Shown: positions 41,901 to 54,230 of the stretch, piece after piece
Numbering within the stretch: the stretch's first letter is position 1
Layout of the letters: every line of letters begins with the position of its first letter
Source of the DNA: Vezdaea acicularis
Taxonomy: Eukaryota
Length of the DNA: 64,000 bases
Assembly: GCA_026025075.1 (NCBI GenBank)
Contig: JAPEUI010000032.1
Location: forward strand, 1-64,000
Direction of reading: 5' to 3'
Translations under genes and position numbers: made by a program
The notes under the pieces: model-generated
Told to the model about the DNA's origin: nothing
Database searches by the model: none
What the model saw: the letters and a program-made list of their open reading frames with translations, nothing else

Positions 41901-42049
41901 CCACTCGGGCTGTCTCCGTGGTGCCGCCCGTATACTATGCAGATCAGGCTTGTGAGCGAGCGAAGCTGCACGTCCGCCACAATGACCAAGGGCAGAGCAT
42001 TTTGGGCGGTGCTCATGCCGATCTACGTTTCAGCATGTACTGGCAGTAA
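38945..42049 (+). CDS. ago: Argonaute (RGG N-tail, N, L1, PAZ, MID, PIWI), 7 exons
   Basis: IIVNHY, GGILEAVRGMFQTVQIRFGKLTINVD, KYDIKLRYPKLP (PAZ), GRILPAP, GVWNL, QYIANLGLKVNVKLGGTN (MID), MGGDTSHP, YYRD|GLSEGQF, KRHHTRMFP, HAGLQGTNRPTRY and YARATRAVSVVPPVYYAD (PIWI). Introns start at 39323, 39501, 40255, 40406, ~40536 and 41500. Confidence 0.96.
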
Positions 42050-45000
42050 AAGAATATCCCAGCTTGGTTGATAAGATAATTGAGTTTCAAGAAATTTATC
42101 TGGAGCAATCACCGCGTTATTTTCCGACTCTCCAAAACGCTTTTTGCAATATGCTTTTCAATGATACGCTGCGCTATTCAGGGCTGAGAACTCATTGACG
42201 CATACCGGGCCAGAATAGCTCTGTACTGCCTTTTTCATACCGAACTTAAGATTACAGCAACTCAATAAGCGCATACTTCATCTCGCATCTAGAAAAAATC
42301 AAAGGCCATTTGGACCGCTCAAAAAAAAAGACCAACCCTCCCTAACTCTCGACAAGCTTTGCTCCACAACCAAAAAATCCAAACGCTGCCTGTTTCTCCG
42401 ACTAAAACCCATTTCTGTTTCTATATCCTCCCTCAATGAAACGAAATTTCTTTGGTGGGCCGGCAAGTCCGTCCCCAAAAAAAAGGATAAAAGCAAAAAA
42501 GTTGAAAAAAAGGAGAAGGAGAAGAATAAAAGATGAAAAAAAACCTCCTCTCTCAGCTTTTGAACGCTCGCTTTTACAAAATTGACTGCAAGAATCTGCG
42601 TACGCCTTCTGGTCTCCAGGGAAACAATGTATTCCCGCTTTACGCGTGCTTTCTCACTCATAATGGTCTCTTCAACCTGCACAGTCCCAGAAAAAGTATG
42701 TCGCGCGCTCTCTGGACTTGACCTTCTAATGATGGATATAGAACGCACCTTGCCAACCGTGGATCTCAGGCACATGAAACCATAGGGAAAGCGTTGAATG
42801 GCATTTTTCTTCATATCTCATAGGCGAGCGTTGGTCAATTCGTTACTACAACACGAAGGATAGCCGCATCCCCATTTTGCCCCTCGCACTTCACTTCCTT
42901 TCATCTCAAAAGCCCTCCACAAACATCCAAAATCGGCCACGTTATTCCACCTTCCCTTGCCCCTTTATCATGTATGCATCCACCATTATGTAAACTAAAT
43001 TTTCTAAATCCCACAATGAAATCTCATTTCACCAAATTGATTGCCTTCGGCTAAGGGACATGACAGTGACAGCTCTGAATCCGCCTGCTTTCCAATGTCT
43101 AGGACTTAGTTAGCTATAGGCCAAAGCTTGTCGTAAAGATCCGGTGCTCGAATTGTCTTAGCGTTGGGAGCTCTCTCTAGAAACATACGTTCACATCACA
43201 GATCTGAAACAAGTCATGACCTTTGGGTCCTTGACACCTCCGTCAACAAGCCAGGGCGAAGACTACTTCCAACGCAACAGTATCAGGCGTTCAGTCACAT
43301 ATCATGGCATTTTGAATGGTCTTTGAAGTCTATCTCTTCTAAGACTGGCTCGCCTAGTCGCGTACAAACCAACAAGTGGACTCAGCTGGAGTCAATTCCA
43401 GCACGCTCCCCTAAGAAGTATGGAGCCGACCAGACAAGCATTCAATGCCTGGGTAGTCGGCTGGCCATATATGGCCATCCGCCAAGCCTGGAGCAGGCCA
43501 TAGAGTCATTTGCCCAGCACCAGATCACCGCAAAATGGCTACGTGAAGCTAATATCACTCCAATTCAGTTTCCATGTGATGATACTCTAACAATAATGTG
43601 GCGCTTTAGCAGGCTCTGGGGTCCAATTTAGTCCAACCCAGAGGCTCCGATGTCTATGTCTATCTAATAGCGCTACAAAGGCTCCAAGACAACCATTCGA
43701 TCGGGGCCCGCAGTCTCTCCAAGAGAATCACCAGACCATGCATAGCGGCATTACGCTTCCTCGTTATAAGATAAGGACGGTCCAATTGAGGGCAGTGCGA
43801 TCGCGGGTTCTTTGAAACGGCCATTAAACGGGACCCGCTTAAACCTCACAGAGTTTTGATCAAGTGAACACTTGAGCGCAGATGAGCCGAAAAAGTCTTG
43901 ATCATCCACGCGGACTGATTGCGAATCTTAGATTTCACGCGGTCACGGCATCTTATAAGACATTGTCCGTGTTGTATGGCGACAGGATGATGATTGATGC
44001 CGTGACGGATTCACCTAGCGCTCAGTGCAAAAAATATCCCGCACAACCATGGCAATAAAGCGAAAGCTTTCTCTGTTACCTACACTAGAGAAGAAGAGAC
44101 GAACAGGTCCTCGAATCTATCTTGAAATCTGCCATCTTAGTCCGAGAATTGCTGTCGAAGTTTGATCAACGTGATGTGACGAACTCGACGTTTGATCCTT
44201 CTCTCGTCAAGAAAGGGCTGCGACGTCGATTTTCTGTTTCGCTTTCACGAAGGTTGTGTTTTGCCGCCGTGACTGAAATGCAGAGACTTGAAGGGAAATA
44301 ATAGGGTAGGAGCGTCATGTACCTAGGATTCCTTGGATGAGGCGCGCTGCAAAAGAGTTGGGCTGTCCGCACCCCAAACCTAATGAAGAAGTGGTCTGAG
44401 CTTGCTTTTCGCGACAGAAAAACCTCAACATCGCGCCATGGTTGCCCACGTCTAAACAGCGCTAGGGCAGACATCGGGTGGACCCCGGCTTTCCCTTGCT
44501 CTACCCCAGATCCTTCTTTTCCCCTTCCCCGCATTTGAATGGTGCGACAGATGCAGCTGCTGCCGTCCGGCAGATCGACTCGTCTAAAGCAGGCGTTGTG
44601 GGAGGGGGCCCCCGTTGCATGCTTAATTGAAGATCAAGTCCTTCGCTTGATCATCGCTGTCAAAACCATGGTGCCTTACCCAGCAGCCCTTCGAGGTTTA
44701 GTTTCAATTCCTTCTTGTCTCAAGGGGGCCTACTATGTTTGCAAGCCTTTGATTTTGTCATGCGGAAGGACTCTTCCTGCGCTCATCGTTGGCCACCATG
44801 GAGGAACGCTCGGGAAAAATTCTAGGCTAGCCATTTTTCCGTCCAGGAGCGCATCCTTGTTCAATGCGTAGCCAATGCGCTGACAGCAACCCATGCCCTA
44901 TAGAAAAATGACCGCTTCATCTGAAAAGGATGCGTTTGTGGAGTTCGTTAATTTAACTTTCTTCGACATGGGGTAGGGTAGGGTTTCTCGAGCACAGTCC

Positions 45001-45429
45001 AAGGCCATGTGGATTACTGCAACGATCCCGGAATGTTTTTACGCATCTGCTGCAAGGCACGGCATCTATACCTCTAAGTGCATCGTGCGCTGCTAGAGGA
45101 GTAAGAGCTGCCATGTAGCAGATTCTGTAGTAATTCACAATCCTTGGGAGCAAATCCCGCGCGATCGACTCACTCAGAGAACGGCTGAGGCTTCATGCCC
45201 TCCCCTCGCCAAGGGGAGGGGGGCTGTACGCTTTCGCCCGTCCGCACTTTCCTTTCTACGCGCATATAATTCCCACACACCCCCCAGGCATGTTCCAATT
45301 CCGTTACTCCCACTTCTTGTACAATTCTGTCCCTCTTCCTTTCTGTCAATCCAGGAATTTGCAGGCCTTCTCCCGGAATACACTCCTTGATATTACCATT
45401 TACTCTTGACCATTTACAATTCTGTCAGA

Positions 45430-46485
45430 ATGTCTAATATGCGTGCCGAGCTCAACAGCAGCAACTCAATGGAGAAGGACTTCGCCAAAGATGGCAATGG
45501 TCACTACCACCTTGGACCCGAGATGAACAGCGACACTGCTCTGAAGCGTATCCAAACCGCTGGAAGTATCTCCATCTCGCCAGAGCTCTTCGAGAAGATT
45601 TACCTGCAGCCCCAGAACCAAGTAGCTGGTGACCTGAGGAAGACCTTTGGCAACCCTACTCCTCTGTGCGTGCTTAAAGCTTCGCCTTAACGCATCAATG
45701 ACTAATCATAATCCATAGTGCTCTTCTAGGGTTTCTCCTCTCTCTGACACCATTGGCTTTCGACTTGATGGGTCTTGGTGGGGCTGGTACGCACGGCGCT
45801 GCCACTGTGTAAGAACCACAAGTCTCACAAAGTTCGAGCCAATTTTAATGTTGCTTCTAGGGGTGTTTACTACTTTATTGGTGGATTACTCATGTTCTCT
45901 GGGGGCATTCTAGAGTTCTTCCTCGGCAACACATTTCCCTTTGTAGTCTTCTGTTCATTCGGCGGTTTCTGGTTCTCATACGGAGCGACTCTAACCCCCA
46001 GCTTCGGTGCATTTGCCTGGTATGCAAAAGACAAGGCAGATGTCAGCACAAATCCGTATCAAGGCTTCACCACCAAAGGATTTGAGGCCAGCTTCGGCTT
46101 TTACATGGTCTTCATGGGCCTCATGTCATTCATGTACCTGATCTGTGCCCTGCGAACCAACATAGTCTTCGTGGCAATCTTCTTGGGGTTGACACTCGAC
46201 TTCGCCCTGCTAGCCGGCGTTTTCTTTCAAGAGGCCCATGAAAATAGTGGTGCTTCAATCCAGACGGTATATGCTTCCGAAGATTTTCGTTAGTTGAATA
46301 CATGCTAATCACGTTCTCAACAGGCTGCTGGAGCCATGTCCCTTGCCACCGTCGCTGCTGGCTGGTACATCTTCTTCGCCCAGATGCTCACAAGCGTTGA
46401 CTTCCCAATTGAGCTTCCTGTCGGGGATCTGAGCCAGCTTATCCGAGGGGCCAGTGAGAAGAGAGCAAAGATGCATGCAGTTTAA
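45430..46485 (+). CDS. GPR1/FUN34/YaaH (AceTr) family short-chain carboxylate transporter, 3 introns
   Basis: SISPELFEKIYLQP, the LRKTFGNPTPL|ALLGF signature (NPAPLGL variant), GGILEFFLGNTFPFVVFCSFGGFW, CALRTN and the terminal FPIELPVGDLS. Confidence 0.92.
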
Positions 46486-47720
46486 TCACGCCTTAGGGCT
46501 ACTACAGCTTAACGTCTACTTTCACGACTGATGTTGCATTTCCACGGTGTACAAAAGTCTTGCGTACCGTCGAAGCCTATTCTGGGGCCATAGTGGGTGG
46601 GGCTGGTGTAATGTCTCTCGCTTCATGTCATTGTCTTCACAATCAGGGATTCACTGTGGCGTCGCTCAGTACTGTGCTTTAAATACCTCACTCGATGTAC
46701 CTCGATGTACCGTCCTGTCTACTGTATGGTTGTAGCTATCAAGTCAGTTCAAGTCAAAATCAGATGTATCCAATTTCTGCGAGATGATTGTTGTCGTCCT
46801 CGAAATTTCTCAAACGTCCAAGCGTACGTCACACTGCATTTTTTGCTACTATATTGACAGGGATGCATCCTGCAGGATCTTGGGATCGCAACACGTTTTC
46901 TCTGCACTCTTTTCAAGATCGCCTAACGTAGCGCCATGCAGGTACGGCACAACTGACGGGTAAAATACTTGAATCATGCAAACAAAACCCCTGGATCCCG
47001 GATCCTGGATGTAAAAAAAGAAGTTCTGCAGGATGGTGTTTTATTTAGTCGAAACTTGTCTTTGTTTGGGTTTCGGTTTCACCGTTTGTGGTAACTCAGC
47101 ACGTGAGGAAGCTGGCTGCGGAGATGTAACACGACGCGTCCAAGTTTCGACTCCGAGTCAAAGCCTCATCACTCTTGGAACTCCATTGATGACATATTTG
47201 ATGGGTGGGCTTAAAACCTGAACTCCGTAGTTTATGCTGTCACAGGAAGTATCATGTTTTGCCGATGTGAAAGGGCTACATATCTCACGGCGTTTGCCCA
47301 TTGTGGTGACAAGCCGCACTATGAACTCCCACTATTCCACGATGGATATGTTCATTGTGAAGTGGCTGTTAGTTCTGGCTGACACTTATTCGCGAAGTCT
47401 CAATAGGACCTTTCTGACGGCCGTAATGGATGTGCTGATTGAAGCCATAGCGGTGGATCTTTCCTTATCTGGCGTAACTATCACGGATGTGCGAACTCGC
47501 CCTTTCTGAGTTGAGCATTTCCGCCGCCGTCCCCTTTCCTTTCTCAAATTAGGAACTTGACATGTCCCTAAAAAATTCAAGAGCTTGAACTACCAAACTC
47601 TTACCTATCATCAGCATTCCGTCTCTATTACACATGACTCTTTATGTGCAATTGCTTTCGAAAATCTCTTATCCCTAAATGCTTGTTAGACCTTGCAGGA
47701 CGATAGTCCTCTGACTTGGA

Positions 47721-49247
47721 ATGGACTCCCCTATTGAGCGTTCACAGAGTCGGCCACAACTACCAGATCGATTTTTCTTCAAGAGTTGGGCTCATCGAAG
47801 AAGAGATGGACATGAAAGAGGTGACAGCTCTAGTCATGCCAGTCCCTTCTCTACCCCGCATGTTACCCCTCAGGACCAGCATTTCAAGCAAGAATATCCA
47901 GGGTTTGCCGATGTAGCTCATCTAGAGTCATCTCGTTCGTCACCGTCACATACTGCTGAACACTCCAGCCAGCAGGTTACATCTAGATCTGCGTCTCTTC
48001 GCGTTCGGTCCCGAGGCTTCTTACGCCGCTCTTCTGCTTCCCAGCACCGGGAGCCTAACGATTCTAATTCTTTAGGCGTGCCTGAGAGTGGGGACAGGTC
48101 TCTGGAGTCCCAGAGAAGGCATCGGCCGATAAGATCCACAGAGAATAATCACGCCACTGATGAAGCCCAAGGTTCTACAGGTTTTGTAAGGAAGGCGTCA
48201 GGCAAGGCACACAAAAGCAGCGGAGATAGCTCTGATGGCCGTTCACGGCAGTTTCCTAGGGTATCCAGGCCGAAATTATTCACTCGAGCTTCTTCTTCTA
48301 GAGTAAATAACATTGGGCGGTCTAGGAGTACTATGTGGGCCAATCGTACCCGCACAGCTGAACCAGACCTCTTCGTTGCACATACGACTACATCAAATAC
48401 TAAGGCAACACTCAACAGCGCGACGGGGATACTAACATATTTAAGAGATGATGAGATCGAAGAAAGGCGACAAAATAAAGTGGCACGCAAATATGGCAGG
48501 GCGACAGGAGTCAGTACGCCCTCTTCTACTGCATCATGGGTCTCAAGGCGCCTCCATTTGAGACTACCCAAAAGAAAGAAAGCAAGAGGCTCCGAGTCAA
48601 GCTCGATCCTTGCACTCCGTATGACTCTCCCTCCGGATAACACTCCACGCTCAGATGCCATGTATCGCGGCCCACTCTCCAAAGATTATATGAAGGTTGA
48701 AATCTCGGATCCTTTCGGCCCAACATATCTCCCCTCTGAAGCACAAAGAGTCACAACACCGCCTCTACCAAATGGTGGGCCCAGCAAAACTCGAGGGTTC
48801 TTCTTTGACTACGTACCGCCTGTAGACGACATCTCCGACCCGCCTCCATTGGCAGAGGGAGCGGGACCAGAGACCTCCAGGGCACGGCCAATGTCACAAA
48901 ATTTTGATGATGGTGACGCATGGTTTCGAAGCAGGTACAATAGCCATGAAAGCGATACTTGGTTCCGCAATAAAGTAGAGGAGGACCGGATCAAGGCAAG
49001 GACTGCGTTTCTGCTTTGGCACACACCAGATCATCTACCCAGCAGTCCGCTCTGCGCTATGAACGAGAAGCACAAAAGTGGCGGGGAGGGTTTCTGTGTG
49101 TTTCACGGCCGCAGGCCCGTTTCGCCTGACGATACAAAACGGACGAGGCAGATGGATGGGGCTGTGGAAAGCAATGGGCTGAGATACAGAATGGTGTCAG
49201 GACGCTTGGCAGGGCTTGATCAGCGGCTACAATCGATGTCTTTGTAG
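47721..49247 (+). CDS. Hypothetical S/R-rich disordered protein (508 aa) with C-terminal Cys/His motif
   Basis: Long ATG-initiated intronless ORF. Motif-like islands YLPSEAQRVTTPPL, RGFFFDY and DHLPSSPLCAMNEKHKSGGEGFCVFHGRR. Confidence 0.75.
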   Translation: MDSPIERSQSRPQLPDRFFFKSWAHRRRDGHERGDSSSHASPFSTPHVTPQDQHFKQEYPGFADVAHLESSRSSPSHTAEHSSQQVTSRSASLRVRSRGFLRRSSASQHREPNDSNSLGVPESGDRSLESQRRHRPIRSTENNHATDEAQGSTGFVRKASGKAHKSSGDSSDGRSRQFPRVSRPKLFTRASSSRVNNIGRSRSTMWANRTRTAEPDLFVAHTTTSNTKATLNSATGILTYLRDDEIEERRQNKVARKYGRATGVSTPSSTASWVSRRLHLRLPKRKKARGSESSSILALRMTLPPDNTPRSDAMYRGPLSKDYMKVEISDPFGPTYLPSEAQRVTTPPLPNGGPSKTRGFFFDYVPPVDDISDPPPLAEGAGPETSRARPMSQNFDDGDAWFRSRYNSHESDTWFRNKVEEDRIKARTAFLLWHTPDHLPSSPLCAMNEKHKSGGEGFCVFHGRRPVSPDDTKRTRQMDGAVESNGLRYRMVSGRLAGLDQRLQSMSL

Positions 49248-49504
49248 TGCTGATGTGGCCAATGTCGTTTAGAAAAGTCACATAACCCCTAATGCCTGTA
49301 TGGGCTTTCTTTCTCTAGTAACAAGTCCACATGTTCTGTTCGAGCGGTAAGCACCGCGAAGCTACGGCTCCCTTCTCGCTTAGGAAAATACAAAGTTGAA
49401 AGCATGTTCCCATTCAGATAGCACCACCTTTATTATAACCCGCGACTGACCAAGCTTCTCTCAAAATCCTCACTATCTTGAGTTTCCTAGAGCTGTGACT
49501 CACC

Positions 49505-50838
49505 ATGGCATCCACAGAAATAAGTTCTGCCGACCCGCTCAACTGCCTTCGCGCCTCCATTGCCTCAAATTCGCCCATAATCGCGACAGACTCTTATGAA
49601 CCACCTACATCAACTGCCTCTCTCCCCCTTGACCAAGCAACTCACATACATTTCACAAGTCCAGAGCTAGAGACTTTCCCATTAACTACACCCACGCGCT
49701 TTATATCTGCCAGCACGAGCAAAGCCGTCGACCTTCGAAGTATATACTTCGCGTGGATAAAGAAAGATGTCGCCATCCCAGAGTACATGTCCTCGACAGC
49801 TGCGCTCAATGCCGAGCTTATGCAGAAGAGGGGGGAAGGTGTACAGAATTTGGTGTTCGTTGAGAGGTTAGACTTGATCACATGGCTTGAGGGTGCAAGT
49901 AACGAGAGCGAATACATCGAGGCATTGCCTACAGATGCCGCTGCTATAGCTGCGAATGGCCAAGCTGGAGTGGGCGCCGCTGTTGCACAAGGTCAGATTG
50001 GAGGTATACCAGTGCAAGGTGGAGCTGGAGGCAAAAAAGTCGTAGAAGGCAGACTTGGAGAGATCTATGAGTTGGAGAGAGGTACGGGAGATCGAAACAC
50101 TATACTGCGAGGATTCAAGCAAGTCGTATGCGCTCCCCACCGCTAACGCCCTCTTAAACAATAATGCTAATAGCTTTCTACCTATAGGACTTCTCGTCTG
50201 TCCGCGACCTTGCCGACCGACTCTACAACCAACGCCGTGACGTCGTGCGCCCTGGCGTCCCCAAACCACAGAACGGCACCTCTGCCATCCCTGGAAACCC
50301 TAACCTTACCGTCCTCCCCAAGAAGCCAGGCGGCCGCCGTCCCGATCCCATCATCCTCCTCTCACCCTCTGCATCCTCTCTCCTGCGCCTTAGCAATATC
50401 AAGTCCTTCCTCGAAAGCGGCGTCTTCACGCCCGCCGAAGGCTCCTCCAACTCCACCATCCTACACATATCGCGCAACCTAAAGAGCATCGACCCCAGCC
50501 GCGCCTTCCGCTTCATCCTTGTCGACACCCCCGAGCAATTCAAGCCGGACTACTGGAACCGCGTCGTCGCCGTCTTCACCACAGGTCAGACGTGGCAGTT
50601 CAAGAGCTATAAGTGGGAGGAACCGACGGAGCTGTTTCGGCACGTGCTCGGCGTTTATGTGGGCTGGAGGAATGAGGATGTGCCGGCGGCTGTAAAGGGT
50701 TGGGGGAGGGGCGTGCAGAGCTTTGAGGTGGATAAGTGGAGGGGGGAGGGGGGTAGGTGGAGGGATTTGGAGGCTGTGGAGGGTGTGTGGGGTGCGATTG
50801 AGGAGAGTATGAGAGCGAAGGGATGGGGGGGTAGATGA
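49505..50838 (+). CDS. CDC73: Paf1 complex subunit Cdc73 (1 intron)
   Basis: DLRSIYFAW, NLVFVERLDLITWLEGAS, RPDPIILLSPSASSLLRLSNIKSFLE and PDYWNRVVAVFTTGQTWQFKSYKW. Confidence 0.95.
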
Positions 50839-51447
50839 TTAGGGCTGCTGCGATCTGAGGTAAGATATAGCACAGTCAGTAACCCTAATGGTCATTGAAC
50901 CAAGCTTAGGAGCGGTCTTTAGAGGGTTTGATTCCCGGCGTTTGTGGAAGGGGGGGGGGGCATGTAGGGTCCAAATTAACGGGTCCAAAAGCAAATAGCA
51001 TTCAGCAAGCACGGAGGCTCAATTCATAAGGTTAACCCAAGCCACAATTCACTCTCCTTCCATGACATTCCTGACCAGAACCTTTAGGATGTATCGCATT
51101 CAGTTGAGAGAGCCTCCCGCGGCCGCTTCGTCTAATCGCAGAACGCCTTCCGTCCCAGGACCTTCATTACGGGCACTTTCCCACGCTCTATGGTAGTTTC
51201 CTAACGTTGTCCCTCTCATATTCAGCCCCTCGTTGCACGGGCGATCGCCGGTTTTCCGGAAACAGCGAGTTGGATGCTGCCAGACGCCATTGTTTTCAGA
51301 TGTTCCAATTTCACTGGGCTCCGTTCAGATATTCTTGTCTTTGGATGCCGGTACCGCTTTTGACCCTCTTTATACGCGAAGCATCTGGGCCGGATGGGAA
51401 AAGACTGAGGTCATAGACCATTCTGCGGGCTATTATGTGGAGGAACA

Positions 51448-51492
51448 AGTCATAGGTAGGAGCTTACTAGTCATAGGTAGGAGCTTACTAGT
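51448..51492. repeat. Perfect tandem duplication of a 21-nt unit (AGTCATAGGTAGGAGCTTACT x2)
   Basis: Read directly from the sequence in the CDC73-NOT2 convergent intergenic region. Confidence 0.9.
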
Positions 51493-51966
51493 AGTGGGAA
51501 ATTGAGCCTTCGTCCCCCTCCGACAAACAGAAATTAGCTCATTTCTGATGAGGAGTTGGGCCCATGCGTCAACGCTATCGGCGACGGCAAGAATTTATGA
51601 TCACCATTTTGCACCTACCGTATAAAGGAGCTTTCATTCATGAGAGTCACGGTTCAAAGCAAGGAATTCAAAATACCGGGATGTGATCAGAGTTAGGCAC
51701 ATGCTATTATTCATTAGCTTGCTCGGAGCTCTTATTCGGAGCAGCTACATAGTCGTGCCACCCAGCAATCAGATACGTGCTAGCGTTCGCTCTTTGAGCC
51801 TGCAAGTTCAAAGGAAAGCGTAGCACAAGATATATAGATCCCATATGCACTTCGCTCCCTGTTGTTCCGGTTCCATAAGCCGATATCGCTCCCAGCCATT
51901 CATCAAGGGATGAACACGTTGCAAGAAAACTACCTCAGAAAAGCAAGATTTAGATTTTCGTTTGAA

Positions 51967-54230
51967 CTATATGTCGAAATGCGGTTGAGCTGGTGTAATA
52001 GCGCGCGAGTCAAGGGCATCGTACTGTAATAGAAACTCTCGGCGTGTTCGCTGCCACGAGTTGGTGTCGAAGAAGATGTAATATCCACGCTCTTCGTTCG
52101 CACTGATCCGTACAGGCTCGGCCATAGTATCCTTTGTGAGCCACTGCTTCTGAAACTTGTGGTATCGCCAGTTTCGTTGAGTCAGCTCGTTTGCTGCTAG
52201 CTCTTGGTTGACGTCTTTGGGCATGGAATAGAACATGTAGAAGAGCGTTTCGTCCGAGAAACTTGGGATCTTATTGGCGACATCGACTGCACTGGGTACG
52301 GAGTAACAATCTGGTATCGTGTATTCTGGCTCGACAGGTCTTGACTCCGTGCTTTCAAATGGTGTTCCGAAATTTGGGTATAGGGGGTTGTTTTCTGGTT
52401 GGTTGAGGTCTAATCCTAGTTGGGTAAGATCCTGCCCGACTGCTAATGCGCCGATATCAGGACTCTCGTGCCGTATCGAGGCGAGGAGACCCTTCAGTCC
52501 AAACCTATCGATTGGTGCCATTTCTGAGTATGGAAGGCTGTCCGGAGACGGTACAGGCCGAGGTGATTCAACGAAATCTCCAATGTGAGACGATTGCGGC
52601 TGAGCAGGTCGCTGTTGGCTTTGTTGATGAGACGGAAAGCCTGGCCTCGACGACATCTGCGAGATTCCTGTAGCTTGATTCTGGCCTTGCATACTGCTGA
52701 AGAGAGATTGTGGATTCGATCGCAGTATGTTCTGTGAGCTGATCAGCTATGTACCTAGAATCGGTCTTTTAGACCTTACTGCTGCATCTTCCATGTTCAA
52801 AGCCTGTCTCCCTTGACCGGGGGGCTCTGTTGGTGACCTAGAAGGTAGACCTTAGTCCTATTAGCTTGATGGTCTGACAAAATCTAAAATTCAAGGTTAA
52901 AACACACCACTTGTACCAAAGCCTACAGGTGATACGACACCAGCACCACCACCGACATTAGCTTGCCTGTTTCCGTTGCTGCCCACCAACGTGCTGCCAG
53001 ACATTGCCCTAAGAATGTTGTTCCGCCCTTGTAGTGTCATGTGCTGGCCATACTCGTTGCCGTTCGAGGGACCACCAAAGCCGTTCTGTTGCATCATGCT
53101 CTCTCTACGATCTTGTCCAATCTCTCCATTCCCGGTCCTGCCAAGCGGCGGAAACTCTTCAATATTTGTGGTTTGTGGTTGACTGGAGCCGGTCAATTGA
53201 CCAACTGCGTTCTGTCCTCCAAATCGGTAATCATCTAGGCCATTTGCAAATTGTGATGATGAGGGGAAAAGATCGTCGTTATGACCTTGTTGCTGGGAGC
53301 CTTGCCCTAATTGAGCTTGAGATCCTCCCCCGCCTTGTCCTATATTACTATTCTGTTGCGGTCGTTGGACAGGCGTATGGTTGCTGCGTTGGGTAGGGTT
53401 TGCCCATGTCGACTGTGCACTGTTTTGATGGGATTGTTGAGGTTGTCCTGATAAAGATGGAAATTCGCTGGAACCATTGGAGTTAGCCTTAGGTCTTTCC
53501 GCTTGTAACATATTCTCTAAGGATGCCCGCGAAAGGTTCACGTCCACCTCGTTGCGGCTTCTTTCCTCATTCCCCACTTCTATTCGTTTGATATAGCTGG
53601 AATCCATGACTTACGAGAGGTCAAGAGGCGTCGCAGGTTGCGAACCGCTTATAGTCTGAGCAAAGTTTCCCAACGCACCGCTATTCTGTCGTGATTGCGG
53701 ATGTTGTAGCCCCGGCGCACCCCCCATGGTATTAGGAACACCAAAACCCCAAGAGCCACTCCCTAGAAGATATTAGTGCGACAATCCTCCGGCATATCAC
53801 TGCATAAGCAGCATATTGTCGCTTGTGCGTACCCATCTTTCCATTCGTGAGTCTACTTGCGCCCAAAGGTCGACTTTGCGGAGGTTGCTGATTCGAAAAG
53901 GCTGGCATACCTCTAAGGCTTTGCGGCCCAGGAGCTATAGTTCTCATGATATCAGTCGAGGGTCCATATCAACAGATTCCGCACGTGCTTGAACCACAGC
54001 AGCGGAGATCCGAGTTCATGTGCCGAGTACCGCTCTGAATGTGTACGCTTGCAATTCCAAGACGAAGAGGGGGAAAGAACTGTCATAAGTCTTGACTTCG
54101 GGCTAGACCCATCCAGCCAATTCGCGCCATATTGAATACAAAGGGAGCTTGAAAGTCCAAGCTGTAAAGGCAGGGGAAAAATAGCCTTGAGGGATTTCGG
54201 ATGGTTGGTTTACTCACCTGGACGATTCAT
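51967..54230 (-). CDS. NOT2: CCR4-NOT complex subunit Not2/Cdc36 (multi-exon; 13-nt first coding exon 54230-54218)
   Basis: C-terminal NOT box: DRFGLKGLL, LAVGQDLTQLGLDLN, KIPSFSDETLFYMFYSMPKD, RNWRYHK and ERGYYIFFD. ATGAATCGTCCAG|GTGAGT splices to TAG|CTCCTGGG, giving MNRPAPGPQSLRG. Confidence 0.92.

Noticed and set aside
42181..42250. GGGCTGAGA...ATACCG...GAACTT resembling part of a TPP riboswitch
   Set aside because: The GATCTGGATAATACCAGCG-type core is missing, it is not in an intron, and there is no thiamine gene nearby.
43164..43631. 155-aa ORF upstream of the carboxylate transporter, considered as a pseudogene
   Set aside because: TTG start, no recognisable motif and no supporting splice structure.
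50880..50890. TAACCCTAA, identical to the Pezizomycotina telomerase RNA template
   Set aside because: It lies only ~40 nt after the CDC73 stop, leaving no room for a promoter and 5' domain. I saw no convincing pseudoknot or 3' processing signal. A few 9-mer telomere permutations are expected by chance in 64 kb (others occur near 10705 and 30685).
51448..51492. 21-nt direct repeat considered as CRISPR-like or a transposon footprint
   Set aside because: Two adjacent copies with no spacer, terminal inverted repeats or transposase, consistent with a simple slippage duplication.
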